From assembly GCA_951406725.2 (NCBI GenBank), contig OX597816.1, positions 179,614,001-179,678,000 of the forward strand: a DNA stretch of 64,000 bases. Direction: 5' to 3'. This DNA comes from Octopus vulgaris (lineage: Eukaryota). Positions 37,235 through 51,024 of this stretch are shown here, piece by piece (the stretch's first letter is position 1; every line of letters starts with the position of its first letter). The position numbers and the translations under genes were made by a program. The notes below the pieces were generated by a model. It did not search any database and was not told the origin of the DNA. It saw only the letters and a list, made by a program, of their open reading frames with translations.

Positions 37235-37303
37235 CACACGTACATATATGTATACATATATACAGACATGTATATGAATAAAAAATATACATACACACAC
37301 AGA

Positions 37304-37342
<39 letters not shown>

Positions 37343-37376
37343 GTATATATATACATGCAGGCACTCATACACACAC

Positions 37377-37421
<45 letters not shown>

Positions 37422-38057
37422 TGTAGACACTCGCGCACTAAAACGGAAAGCAAAATATTGTCAAGACATTTTGAATTGATAATTCGATTCATCTCGTCTT
37501 TCCTTACATGAACTTTTTCTTTCTTCCCACCTCCATCCCTTCTCTTTTTTCTGTTCCGTCTCCTCTCTCCTTGAATATTCACACACACACATATATCACT
37601 TTTCGTTTTCCATGGAAAATTTCAATCCAATTTTGTCTCTTCGTCTTCGCAATATCGATTTAATTAGTGATTCGTTTCTCCCATTAGTTACTGATTAGAG
37701 AATCGATTTCAAAGAACGCAGCCTTCGAGAAATGCTTCTGTTTTATGATTTTATTACATTAACGCCACACGTGAAACAACAACGTTTTGCGTATTTATGG
37801 TCGTCGTAATATCGTGGATGCTGCTGCTGCTGCTGTTACTGGTGGTGATGATGATGATGATGATGATGATGATGCATTGAGAACAACGACATCGGTAGTG
37901 ACAGCATTGATGATGACAATAATGTAGATGACACCAGTGATGATGGTGATGATGATGATGAGAGTGAAGAGGAGGTGGCAAATAACGATAACATCAGTGA
38001 AAACGATTATTATTATTATTATCATCATCATCATCATCATTATTATTATTGTTGTTA

Positions 38058-38195
<138 letters not shown>

Positions 38196-38395
38196 GAAGC
38201 GGTGAGCTGGAAGAATGGTTAGCATTCCGAGCAAAATGCTTTGCAACATTTCCTCCATCTTTACGTTCTGAGTTCAAATTCCGCCGAGGTCAACTCCCGG
38301 AGTCGATAAATTAGGTATCAGTTGAGCACTGGAGTTTGATGTAACCGACTTGCCCCACCTCCAAAATTGCTGGGCTTGTGCCAAAATTTGAAACC
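38196..38395 (+). mobile_element. OK-type SINE inserted in a (TTA)n tract
   Basis: gcggtgagctggaagaatggttagc...gagttcaaattccgccgagg...aatttgaaacc, flanked by tta repeats. Confidence 0.8.
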
Positions 38396-38404
38396 ATTAT
38401 TATT

Positions 38405-38880
38405 TCCTAAACACTGAACAAATTAACTGTCGTATAAGAACATTCCTAACATCAGGCTAGAACGAGTAAACTTATATGCCAAGAACCTTCCTAAGTATAC
38501 GAGCTGTCCCTAATAACACTGTTTTCTGGAGCTGCACTAAACTAGGTTTTATGCCCATTTCCTCTATCCATCTGTTCCACATCGTATATTTACAACCTTC
38601 ACTTGATTCAGACCATTTAGCTAGTGCTTCATTAGATTCCTCACCTTTGTGATGTACTTCTCACATGGAAATGCAAAGAGATACTCACCTTATTTTGAGG
38701 AGTAAGGAGTATACAATAATTCCAACATACACAGGCCTGCGGTTAGAAAAAGTGAAACTAGTAGTTGGTGGTGTGCGTTGTCCCAAAGGAATAATGCGCA
38801 GACTTGGATATGAAGAGTTACTGCGAATGAAAACTGTCCTGGAATTGACATGGGAGTCCTGACCTAGGAAGAACCGGAAG
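38405..38880 (-). mobile_element. R4/Dong-like RLE retrotransposon 3' fragment
   Basis: Minus strand LQKTVLLGTARILRKVLG* C-terminus, next to the (TAA)n tract at 38007-38193. Confidence 0.65.
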
Positions 38881-39336
38881 ATCTACCACATAAACCTTTC
38901 AGACGGCAGCTAAATACACATTACGGTGAAGGGTAGGAGGCTCAGGTGCCATTTCTGCCTCCAACATAAACCAAGACAACTCGTCTCGTTGGTGTCACAG
39001 CAGAACAACAATATCAGCAACAACAGCGGTAACCCCAAACACAGTGTCAAGATTGTAATGAGCTTGCCACACTAGTGACACCGCTGAGCAAAGAGACGCC
39101 GGACGAGGAGCCTGTCCACGAAAACTGGACAGGAACAGCACAAATATACATAAAATCATAAACATAAACCATACAGATACAAGATACAGGTATCCGCGAG
39201 CATGCCGCTGCTCTACTCCAGTTCTAATTGATTTCAGCTCCGACGAAGACAAGATATGACCACTACACAAAGTTGTGGCGAGAGTAAACAAGTGAAAGAA
39301 AACCAACTGTCGCGTAGACGCCGAAGGCAAACAAAA

Positions 39337-39669
39337 CCACCACCACCACCACCACCACCACCACCACCACTACCACCACCACCACCACCACCACCACCAC
39401 CACCACCACCACCACCACCACCACTACCACCACCACCACCACCACCACCACTACCACCACCACCACCACCACCACCACCACCACCACTACCACCACCACC
39501 ACCACCACCACCACCACCACCACCACCACCACCACCACCACTACCACCACCACCACCACCACCACCACCACCACCACCACCACCACCACCACTACCACCA
39601 CCACCACCACCACCACCACCACCACCACCACCACCACCACCACCACCACCACCACCACCATCACCACCA
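39337..39669. repeat. (ACC)n microsatellite with periodic ACT interruptions
   Basis: Directly visible. Confidence 0.95.
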
Positions 39670-39680
39670 AGCAAGCTCAC

Positions 39681-40027
39681 TTGCTGAATGACCTTTGGTC
39701 TCTAGACATGAATGTGGCGACCAGAAGTTCATGGACACAGTCACTCGCAATTCTCGAGGTGTATGCATCTTTCGGTCGATCAGGATCGGTCAGGATCGAG
39801 CGCAGATCCGGAAAGGCCTGGAAAGCGCTTTCCTGGATTTTGATGATAAATCGTTGATTCTGGAAACGGACAACAGTGCAAGAAGGGCTTTCAGAACAGC
39901 AGCCGTTTATACTCGGAGTTGGATTTGGATGTTTGACTTGGAGTTTCTCCAATAATCTTGGGACTGTTCCGCTCGTTAGTGCTTCTGCGATACTAAAATG
40001 ACGCCGAGACAAGACATCTCTTCGCAT
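39681..40027 (-). CDS. Candidate (first) coding exon of a host gene, weakly BTB/POZ-like
   Basis: Complex GC-balanced open frame of ~115 codons, MRRDVLSRR...CTVVRFQNQRFIIKIQESAFQAFPDLRSIL...DCVHELLVATF...RSFS, ending in a strong donor CAA|GTGAGC (phase 2). Confidence 0.5.
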
Positions 40028-40031
40028 TTTC

Positions 40032-40065
40032 TTGCTGCTGCTGCTGCTGCTGCTGCTGGTGTTGA

Positions 40066-40123
<58 letters not shown>

Positions 40124-40303
40124 CTTCTTCTTCTTCTTCTTCTTCTTCTTCTTCTTCTTCTTCTTCTTGTTCGTCTTCTTGTTCTTGTTCTTGTTCTTGT
40201 TCTTGTTCTTCTTCTTCTTCTTCTTCTTCTTCTTCTTCTTCTTCTTCTTCTTCTTCTTCTTCTTCTTCTTCTTCTTCTTCTTCTTCTTCTTCTTCTTCTT
40301 CTT
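40032..40303. repeat. Compound (GCT)(GTT)(CTT) microsatellite
   Basis: Directly visible. Confidence 0.95.
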
Positions 40304-40620
40304 CACGTTCACGTGCTCTTTAACACTCACATTTCCTATTTTACTAACAAGCTCTGAAGATGGTCACAAATACGGCGGAAGTCTGGTCACTTGAAACCTT
40401 TGTCTTACGGTATCGTTTTCGCATACGAAAAGAATGAATATAATTTTTACTGAATTAGATTTAACTGTATTTAATAGGACTCCCAGTTGGCGATTTTGCA
40501 AGAATGTGAAGTGAAGGAATCCAAAATCTCAGCTTTCATTGACGTGGTTGTTTTATTAATAAATAATTGTACACACACACACACATACAAACACACAATA
40601 TATATATATATATATATAAG

Positions 40621-40674
<54 letters not shown>

Positions 40675-40894
40675 TATTAGCAAGTAGGGGAATATATAAT
40701 TATGATACACGATAAATTACATAGATACATTCCCACTGAGAAGCGCGAAAATAAAACAGGCAGGTACCCAAATAGCCACACACACACAACCACACAAAAC
40801 CACACACTCCCCGGCGGGAGTTGAACTTGGAATGTAAAACACCGTAACTAAATACTAGGCAGCATTCCGAAAACCTACCGCATTGCTCTACTGG

Positions 40895-41030
40895 TAGTCT
40901 TTTTATCGACTTCGAAAGGATGAAAGGCAAAGTCGACCACGGCGGAATATATTCTCAGAATACAAAGACGGACAAAATGCCACTAAGCATTTTGCCCGGC
41001 GTGCTAACGATCCTATCAACTTGCCACCTT
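40895..41030 (-). mobile_element. OK-type SINE
   Basis: aaaggatgaaaggcaaagtcgac...gcccggcgtgctaacga is the reverse complement of the OK head. Confidence 0.7.
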
Positions 41031-41517
41031 CTTATTTACATACATATTAAGACTAATTTATATCTACGAGTTATGCTGATGTCGCCTCGTCTAGGTTTAA
41101 TAGATTTTAGAGAATGGGGAGAAATTTTATTCTGGATAGTACATTAGTTTTATAAGGTGTTAACCGTTTCAGAGAGGTTTCTTGTTACTCATTTCTCTCA
41201 GCTGTTATACCTGACTTTTGCTTTTCCCATGCATAACAAATATCACATATTAACAAAGAAAAACTATCATGTGGGTAAATAAAGTATTACGAGTGATAAA
41301 TTGGAAAAATGTAAGTGTTGCTTTAGTAAATATATGTTGCTGATTGGCAAATACAATTGCCACATGGAAGAAAGCAAAAACTGGGTTAAAAAATGTACAT
41401 GGGCAAAAGTAAGTCCTACATGGTTTATTTAAATTCCGCTTTGGCAAATAGAATGAGTAAATATTAGATTCACGTTGTTGGTAAAAGTATCACATGCCTA
41501 ACCACAATTGTCTATAG

Positions 41518-41662
41518 CAGGCATGAGTAACCTTTTCCGAGAAGCGAGTCGCATGAAACATAGCTCGTCATCTGATAAGCTGCACTACTAAAATATTCAA
41601 GGTAAGTTTTCGTTAGGTGAACTGTTCAGAAAGTCCCGGAGGTTGCAGGTTGCCTATAACTG
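41518..41662. mobile_element. Old hAT/Charlie-like MITE
   Basis: Imperfect TIRs CAGGCATGAGTAACCT / AGGTTGCCTATAACTG, with flanks gtctatag / atctgtat resembling an 8-bp NTCTAGAN-type TSD. Confidence 0.4.
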
Positions 41663-42729
41663 ATCTGTATCTGCAATTGCACTTATATGAATAAAAATGT
41701 GATTGTAGTAAGTATAAGTTCCCCATAGGTAAGTACGAAAAGATAATACAAGATCATGTAGATAAATACATGTTAAAATAATAATAGATAGCGAATGTGG
41801 TCTGGCTGCGTGTGCCACACTTTTGTTAGTTGTTTCAGGTGCCTATGTTGTGGCAAGTAGACAGATATTCTCTCGGCTCTCTCGCTCCTGACCCAGTGGA
41901 ACATTGAGGATGTTTCCTCTACATACCTTACTTATAACAGTTAAGTACAGCGAGCCATTTAGAAATAGATATTTTGTCTTTGGTAAGAGGATGATGCGAA
42001 CCATGAACTCTTTGGCTGATAGTTTAGTTTGTTGGTTATTGTTTACACACCACACAACCAGCTGAACGTCGTTAGCTCCCATGATAAAATAGAGGAGATT
42101 TCAAGCAGCAAAGCAAAGATGCAGATTTGCATCATCATACACTTGCTTACATTTGTCAGAATCACTTCGATAATGTAACGGATTGAGAAACCATTGAAAT
42201 CGCGGAATCAACCACAGATGATTTGATTTCTTCTTCACACGGCACCAGCTGTGTGGAATGGATAATAGTCGCATAAGAAGAACACTTGTTATGCCACTCT
42301 TTGACAGCAATTCGTCTGATTATTAGCAATTGATCTAAAACTGCTCTAAGGAACATCGATTGCTATTAATCGTGACTTGATAAAACGGAAAATCCATATT
42401 CGCCAAACTCCTTGACATTTTACGTCACTTGAAGAAGGAAAAAGAAAAAAAAGAAAAGAAAAATAATCTGTTAGCTTGAAGCAAGGAAGCAAAGTGCATA
42501 TCTGAGCTGATAAATTCTTTCGGACATTGTTATATGCTCACATCGATTTGTAGCCATATGCAACCGGACAATGTTGGCTGTAAATATTTTAATTTTATTT
42601 AAATGTTCATCAGAGCATAGAAAGACTTATAGCTTGCCATTCTGCCAGGGTCACTCTTGCAACGCTCTTCACTGGCATTGAACATGATGACAGATAAATT
42701 CTAAAGGAAGATAACAGCAGATATTATCT

Positions 42730-42790
42730 TATCTTTATTTTGTTTGTTTTGTTTCTTTCTTTTTCTTCTTTCTCTTCTTTTCGATTTCCT

Positions 42791-42874
<84 letters not shown>

Positions 42875-42983
42875 TTTCTTTCTTTCTTTCTTTTTTGTTT
42901 CTTTCCTTCTTTTTTCTTTCTTTCCTTTTCTTTCTTTCTTTATTTCTTTCCTTCTTTTTCTTTCTTTCTTTCTTGATTAAATT

Positions 42984-43051
<68 letters not shown>

Positions 43052-43081
43052 TTTCTTTCTTTTTCTTTCTTTCTTTCTTTT

Positions 43082-43165
<84 letters not shown>

Positions 43166-43365
43166 TTTCTTTCTTTCTTTTATTCTTTCTTTCTTTCTTT
43201 CCTTCTTTTTCTTTCTTTCTTTCTTTTTTCCTTCTTTTTCTTTCTTTCTTTCTTTCCTTCTTTTTCTTTCTTTCTTTCCTTCTTTTTCTTTCCTTCTTTC
43301 TTTCTTTCCTTCTTTTTCTTTCTTTCTTTCTTTCTTTCTTTCTTTCCTTCTTTCTTTATTTATTT
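42730..43365. repeat. Degenerate (TTTC)n polypyrimidine tract
   Basis: Directly visible. Confidence 0.95.
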
Positions 43366-43894
43366 CAATCTACCTGACATTCATTCATTCATTCATTCAT
43401 TCATTTATTAATTCGTTCTTTTTTCTTCGTCTTCGTCTTCACTGGAGATGTTGCGATGAAAGGGCTCCCGATTAAATACCCCTCATGGAATTTAAATACG
43501 TCTATTTATATTCTGGTTTCAAATCATCTCGGGCCCCGAATTTATTTTCCATCTCTTCAGGGTTGGCAAAACCATATGTATATATATCATGTACCGTGTG
43601 TGGCCAATTCAGTCAATTATGGATTCCTTTCACGAATATTATGGCTTTATGCAAACGTGAGAAAAAAAATTCTATTGTTACTATTTCATTGTTTCGTACA
43701 ATTGATAGCACACTTTCGCAAATATTGAGGCAGATATAAACTTTACTAGTTTCGTACCCTTTTTAAAAAGGAAAAATAGAAAATCAACACCTTATAGTCA
43801 TTTAGTAATGTTAATAGATGTCACTCACATAAATAGTGCGCAAGCGAATCCAAAGAAGGAGCTTTCGGTGATGTAAAAACGAGAGTTTATTAGA

Positions 43895-44070
43895 TATGAC
43901 GGTGGATTTCGTCCGTCTTCGCATTCTGAGTTCAAAATTCCGCCGAAACCGACTTTGCCGTTTATCTTTTCGGGATGAATAAAGTAAGTACCAGTTGAGT
44001 ACTGGAGTTGATGAAATCGACTTACCCCATCTCCCCAAATCCCTGCCCTTGTGCTAAAATTCGAAATCAA
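43895..44070 (+). mobile_element. OK-type SINE
   Basis: atttcgtccgtcttcgcattctgagttcaaa...aagtaccagttgagtactgg. Confidence 0.75.
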
Positions 44071-44089
44071 CATTAAATATGACGGTTTG

Positions 44090-44700
44090 GGAATGGATTT
44101 CTTTAGATTTATGATTTTTTAGTAGTTCATAAAAGTTACTAGTATTTATTTTAAAATTAATAGGGCAATCCAAATCCTTATCTGTGAAGTAGTTTTTGAA
44201 TTTTTCTGTTAATTTGCCAATTCTGTTCATTGATTATCTGCACTAGTTTTTTTTTTGAGAAATATTGGTCATTTATTTGTTCCAAGATCATTTCCCTGCA
44301 ATGAGTCTTGTTTGTTATTGCAATAGCTCCTCCTTTGTCAGTTTCTTTAATGACTATACCGGAATCTTTTCGTAGACATCCGAAAGCCTTTTGCTCTTCA
44401 TTTACGTATATTATTTGGTTTCATAAAATTTGCTGGAACGCTTGAGTATGCTGACCTTGCCAGGCACATTGTATATTCCTCCGGTTCATTGGCAGAGTAA
44501 ATCCCATTTTAATTTTTTTACACGTGATGGAGGTTCGTGATACTTCTTTTGGAAGAATTCCCGGAGATGAAGCTTCCGGCAAAATTCTTCACTATGTTTG
44601 ATAAGATCAATTGGGTCAGGTTTTGGGGTTGGTACGAATTGAGATCCTTATTGCAAAAGTTTAATTTAATTTTTCACGAGGTTTCGTCATGATAAAGTTT
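44090..44700 (-). mobile_element. Old decayed Penelope-like element, N-terminal/RT start (upstream parts probably extend to ~46700)
   Basis: Minus strand KLLQ*GSQFVPTPKPD...FCRKLHLREFF, IVIKETDKGGAI and NFYELLKNHK are collinear with GLRFIP / IIIKPADKGGAV / YFLPKIHK of the element at 11-14 kb. Confidence 0.7.
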
Positions 44701-46694
44701 TTACATTTGGATTATTTGGCCCAGTATTCCCCTGAATCCTTGTATCATTTGAGGTTTCTTTCGTTTTTATATAGAACTCCTGCTTATTGAAAGAGATTTT
44801 TCGTTTGGTTTGTGAACTATTTATATCTTGTCTTTCTATTCAATTTTTGTTTTTTGACTGATGGTTTTCAGTTGTCACTATGTCAAGTATTATTGTTATA
44901 CCAACTTCTTGGCTTGTTTTTAGTTGACTTTTCTTCTTTGGTTTGACTAGTTTGGTCCGTCCATCTATTGCTACTGTTTGTAAGTAGTTGAGTTTGTTTT
45001 GGTATAAGTTACTTAATTTCCTTTTGTTATTATTCCTGCATAAAATGCTTAACGGTATGTCTTCCAGCTTTATATTCTGAATTCAAATTCCTTTTATCCT
45101 CTTAGGGATAAAACAAGTACCATTTGAGCTCTGGAGTCGATGTAATCAACTAGTACCAACTCCCCCAAATTTCCAAGCCTTGTGCCTATAGTAGAAATAT
45201 CATTCCTGCCTATGTGGCCTTATGGTTGTTGCTCTTTGATTATTTCTTGGTATGATTGGTAAATTACAACGGAAGGAGTTATGGTTCCTTCTGTTGTTAC
45301 TATGTTGTGTATTTCAGAGATATTTTTGTGTTTTACATTTTGTTTTCATTTATTTTGTTCTGTAATTGGCTACAAACTTCTCTAACCATAGATTTTTCGA
45401 TTCTAGTATTAGTTTTGTTTCTTCGCTTTTGCGTCTTTCACCATCGAACAAATCATTTTTTTCCACACATCTTTGCATTCGTATGTTCAGTGAGTTTTTT
45501 GTGCTTTATGGAGGCACAGTTTTTTCGAATTTGGTTAAACAATTAGGTACTCTAAGTTGTAGTAAAGCGATTTATGCATTGAACTTTTGAAGTATGGAGT
45601 TTATTCTGACGTAAGTTTCCTCACTTGGTTCTGATTCTAAATCCTTGATCCTGAATCGACATGGAAAAATATTTTGTTCTCGGTTTTTCCACTTACCGTT
45701 TGTTCCTGCCAGGTCTTCGTTTCAAAGTGCCCTCCAGAACGTTCGTTTTCTTACAAAGCCACTCCGTAATTAATGCTTTTCTGAGCAATTTATTTCTTCT
45801 GCTAAGAATTGTGAAGAACTATCAATATAATCTTCGAAGTTAATTATCTCCAGTTTATCGTTTCCCACATACAGTTCACCAACGTGCGTCTGAAAGTAGT
45901 CAAGACACATAAACAGAAGTGCTAGAATCCCCTTCTCAGAGCGTAGAATCCTATTTCATTTTATGATCTTTATTGAACTGATTGTTGCCAACTGATTCCA
46001 CACTAAATTTTCTAGAATTATAGTGTTTTAATTGTGAATTCAATTAGTATTAAAATGTGTATAAATATAAATAATTATTTTTGGTACTTCGAATCTCGAA
46101 GCACAAAGATCTATAAATAATAGCATATAAATATTGGGTTGAACAAACCGTATTTGGATAGAAAAATTGAAAGTAGCCCCTGGAAGACGAACCTACATCT
46201 CATGTGGACATGACAAGCGTTCTACTTTTGGATCAAAGCAATCTTTCGAATTACTCTATTCATTTGAGAAGCATTATTCTTATCAGAGAGAATTGTATGC
46301 TGTTGATGTCATAAAAATTTATAAACTTTCGAGAGGCCGTGAAATAATTCCTTTATGGAAGACTGTATCTCGAAGAACATGAAACCATAAAGAATAGCAT
46401 GTAAAAAACCCTTTCCGATAGAAAACGCTTTATGTGCTTCGAGATATACTGTTCCAAAAAGAATTGCTTGACCTTTCGAAAGACGTCAATAAATATTAAT
46501 GGTGAGTCCTGCGTCCGATAGGACCGTTGTAACACCACTAAAGACTTCAATTTAATATTGAGTACTTAAAGTGTTGTAAAGTTTCCCGGATATTATCACA
46601 GGAAGTAGTGGAAGTTATTACTACAAGCTAAGGGAACATTTGTCACCTACAGATGAGCCCCTACGGGGTCGGTCAAGAAACTTGTTACACATAG

Positions 46695-46828
46695 TGCAAG
46701 AGTAACTGTGTGGTAAAAGGCTTGCTTCCCAACTACGTGCTTCCGGGTTCAGTCCCATTGTGTGGCACCTCTGGCCGACCAAAGCCTTGTGAGTGGATTT
46801 GGTAGACGGAGACTGAAAGATCCCCGTC

Positions 46829-46911
<83 letters not shown>

Positions 46912-47551
46912 CCTTCCTTTATTCTTTTACTTGTTTCAGCCATTTGACTGCGGCTATGCTGGAGCACCGCCTTTAGTAGAACAAATCGACCTCAGGACTT
47001 ATTCTTTGTAAGCCTAGTACTTATTCTATCGGTGTCTTTTGCCAAACCGCTCAGTTACGGTGACGTAAACACACCAACATCGGTTGTCAAGCTATGGTGG
47101 GGGGACAAACACAGACACACAAACGCACAAACACATGTATATATGACGAGCTTCTTTCAGTTTCCGTCTACAAAATCTATTCACAAGACTTTCGTCGGTC
47201 CTAGGCTATAGTAGAAGACACTTACCTAAGGTGCCATGCAGTAGGACTGAACCCGGAAGGAAGCTTCTTACTACAGAACCACGTCTGCGGCTATATATGT
47301 CCGTGTGTGTGTGTGTGTGTATGTGTGTGTGTATGTGTGTGTGTAATGTCTTTGTGATTTGACAACCGGTGTTTGTGTGTTTACGTCCCCACAACTTAGC
47401 GGTTCAGCAAAAGAGACCGATAGAATAAGTATCAGGCTTAAAACAAAAAAGTACTCGTGTCGATTCATTTGACTAAAAATTCTTCACGGCGGTGCCCCAG
47501 CATGGCCGCAGTCTAATAAGTGAAACAAGAAAAGGGTAAAAGATAAAAGAT
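46695..47551. mobile_element. Cluster of OR-type SINEs: (+) head 46695-46830, nested (-) copy 46921-47293, (+) 3' part 47355-47551
   Basis: Homology to 9220-9608 in both orientations. Confidence 0.8.
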
Positions 47552-47847
47552 AGCTACAAAATCACCCTCAAATCATAGCATATCATTTTAAGATACTTAA
47601 GGCTACACTGGATAACGTAGTGTTATATATGACTGAATAAGACTCTGGATGGTCGAGACTGGAACGCTTTTGATCATAGGTTTACCTTAACAGAGCTAAA
47701 CTGCAGTGATACTCATACATGTTGTGTTGGTGGTTTTAGTAGTTTGGTAATGGCGGTTGTGATATGGTATTTTTTGTAGAAATGTGGTGGCGGCTGTTGT
47801 AGTGTGGTCGTGAGTTGATGTTGACTGTATTGGTGTGTTAGTAGTGA

Positions 47848-48096
47848 AGGCGTGTGGCTTAGTGGTTAGAGTATTCGGCTCACAATCGGAAGGTTGTGAG
47901 TTCGATACGGGGCGGCGAGTTGTGTTTTTGAGCAAGACACTTTATTTTATGGTGTCTCAGTTCACTTAGCTTGCAAGAATGAGTAGTACCTGTATTTCAA
48001 ATGGTCAGCCATGTCACATCCTCTGTTATGCTGAATTTCCATGAGAACTACATTCAGGATACACATGTCCGTGGTGTGCTCAGCCACTCGCATGGT
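47848..48096 (+). mobile_element. tRNA-derived SINE of a different family
   Basis: ggcgtgtggcttagtggttagag (A box), gagttcgatac (B box), then ttgagcaagacacttt. Confidence 0.7.
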
Positions 48097-48144
48097 TATT
48101 TCTTCTTCTGAGAATTGTGCAAAACTGTCAAGATAATCTTCGAA

Positions 48145-48381
48145 GGCAGCGAGCTGGCAGAATCGTTAGCACGCCGGGCGAAATTCTTAGCGGTATTTCG
48201 TCTACCGTTACATTCCGAGTTCAAATTCCACCGAGGTTGCCGTTGCTGCTTTTCATCCTTTCGGGGGCGAATAAATAAGTAGCAGTTACGCACTGGGGTC
48301 GATGTAATCGACTTAATCCTTTTGTCTGTCCTTGTTTGTCCCCTCTACGTTTAGCCCCCTGTGGGCAATAAAGAAATAAAT
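48145..48381 (+). mobile_element. Full OK-type SINE with 12-bp TSD ATAATCTTCGAA
   Basis: TSD at 48133-48144 and 48382-48393. Confidence 0.9.
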
Positions 48382-49429
48382 ATAATCTTCGAATTTAACT
48401 ATCTCCAGTTTATCCTTTCCCCAACGCAGTTCACCAATATACGTCTGAAAGCCATCCCCTACTCCACGTCTAGTCAAGACTCATAAAACAGATGTATAAT
48501 GGTGGATGTTGCAGCGTGGTTGTGACTATAGTAGAATGGTTGTGGCTCTACTGGAATGGAAATGAATTTATTGCAGAGGTAGAGCAGTGAATCATACTCC
48601 TTTCCACTGGCACCTATCAACTCGAGGACTTTAAACAAGTGCTTAATGTAGAATCGGTGATAGAGTGTAAACTGAGGAATTTTCGGATATCCGACTGATA
48701 CTTTTTAGCTATTTAGAAAAAAAAAAGAAAAAAGAAAAAAATCTTGTGAATGTGGAGTTGCATATTATCTGATTATTATTTCGTACGAAGTCAATCACAT
48801 AATATCACACGCGTCATGAAATGCGAAAGAAGATATGAGATGGGAAAAGTTATCAAGCTTGGTTGATGCGGGTTATCAATATTGTTGATCACAGACAGGC
48901 GCCAATCACTCACACACCGAATCAGTGGGCTCGCACTGATAACGAGAAATTGAGTCAATACGGTTGTTTGCATTTGGCTGGGATTAATTTAGTGTAGTTC
49001 ATCATGAATTATTCATGATTGTGAGAGATTTCGTATGATCCAATGTTTGTAGTGTCAGTCAACATTGTCAAAGAATGAGAAATGAAAATAAAAAAAGGCT
49101 AAAAACAGAAAACGAGTAGGAAATACTTTTCGTTCACGCATTGCTCCATTATTTTTCTTGATTGAATTTCTTTTTTCATGTGAAGGAATATTGTGCCAGC
49201 ATCGTATTCTAGCCGCAATCATTCATTGACTAATTGAAAGAAAGAAAAGTTGACGTTTTTCAAAATATTTCTATGATTACCAATCAACCTATGTATTTAC
49301 GTACCTACTTATCTACCCAACTTCTTATCTACTAACGTTCTTTCTTTCTTTCTTTCTTTCTTCGCTCTTTCTTTCTTTCTTTCTTTCTTCGCTCTTTCCT
49401 TCCTACCTAACTACCTTTCTTTCTTTCTG

Positions 49430-49482
<53 letters not shown>

Positions 49483-49799
49483 GCTCTTTCTTTCTTCGCT
49501 CTTTCCTTCCTACCTACCTACCTACCTACCTACCTACCTACCTACCTACCTACCTACCTACCTGCCTGCCTACCTACCTACCTATTTACCTACCTATCTG
49601 TCTACTTACCTACCTACTTACCTATATACCTTCTTGATACACTGAATAGCAATGTTGTATAATGCCACTCACATAATGTTCCAATTTTCATAGGATACCA
49701 TCAACATAAAAGCATGCTCTAACATATATTGGGGGAGAAAGCCACCAGTATATCAGTGATATTTGCTTTGTGGATAGTGAAGAGACAAAATGTAAACCT

Positions 49800-50900
49800 C
49801 AACCCAGCGATATTTGAAGAGATCATCTAAAGCGGGGTATTTGTCTACAACCGTTTCAGATACATTTGACATGCCCTTCATGGGAATGAGGTATGTTGTT
49901 GCATATTTCTATAGACTGATATAGAATGCTGTTGAAACAGAAGACCCGAACAGTGAGTTTATACAGTGCATTATTTAGAGGTAATGGAAGGACACCCACA
50001 AGACGTGTCACTATGGTGTGTTGAAAAGTATAGAGAAGGTTTGCACTTGGCACATGTGATCGTAAGCAAGGAGAAATGAAGAAGTTTCAGAGGAATTCTG
50101 AATTTTTTGTATGCCTACGTTAGAAATGAAGCTTAAAAAAGAAAAACGAGTGGTAAATATGGTATCTTTATCTGTTGGTGAGTTATTTACGAGACCATAC
50201 TGGTTGATGAGTGGCGAGTAGATGTAATTTGCAAAGTTATGACAAGTCCTTTTCCCAAAAGGAAGTCTACCTCTCTAATTTAGAAGGTGAAAGAGCTTGC
50301 AGGCTACGCAATGCATGAATATGTTAGTTATTTTTATATAGTCATCAAATAGTCATTGTTAAATTGTATAAATGACTCCCAGTTGGTTATGATGGGTGCA
50401 TTTTAGAAGTTGTAGGTGATATTATTAATGTGTACTTCTAAACTATGACAGAATAAACCACCTGGAAATCTTAGAGGACTTTATGTTGTATGAGGGATAT
50501 GGAAAGTTAATCACCTACCTATCGGACTGAGATGGATTGTTGTAAAGTTTATTTTTTTACCAGGAGTACATCAGTATACAAATGATGAATTTCTAACAGC
50601 TAGCTGAGTTCAAGCACTCCGGGTTTTAGACTGGTTAGACAGTGATCGGATGAGGACAGAGACGGTGTTTACTGAGTAAATACTGGATATAGAAGTGAAG
50701 AAGAGGCCATGAATGTTTGGATTATTAGTGTGTCACTAATGAATATGGGTAAGTGAAGTGACGACAGTGTGGAGGATGCAGAGAGTTCATAGCGGAAGAA
50801 AGCATGGCCGCTGCACTAGCAAAGGAATCATGGAACTAGTCTGAAACTGAGGAATATATATCATAAAACATCGAATCAAACTCTCCACTAACTACGCCAT
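49800..50900 (+). mobile_element. Highly decayed LINE (RTE-like) remnant
   Basis: Scattered RT-like residues, e.g. LVDEWRVDVI and FIAEES. No continuous ORF. Confidence 0.3.
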
Positions 50901-51024
50901 CTGAACAATTGTTTTTCTATGAAACAAAAACAAAAAAAAACTCAAACAATATTTGCCCCTGGATCCTTCGAATTCATTTTGAAATATCAAAAGACAAGTG
51001 AAATAATATCCATCATGCAGTTCA

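Noticed and set aside
39234-39687. Poly-G, poly-P and poly-V ORFs
   Set aside because: Translations of (ACC)n.
40350-40410. CTGAAGA...GAAAC...GTC hammerhead-like string
   Set aside because: Stems I and II do not pair.
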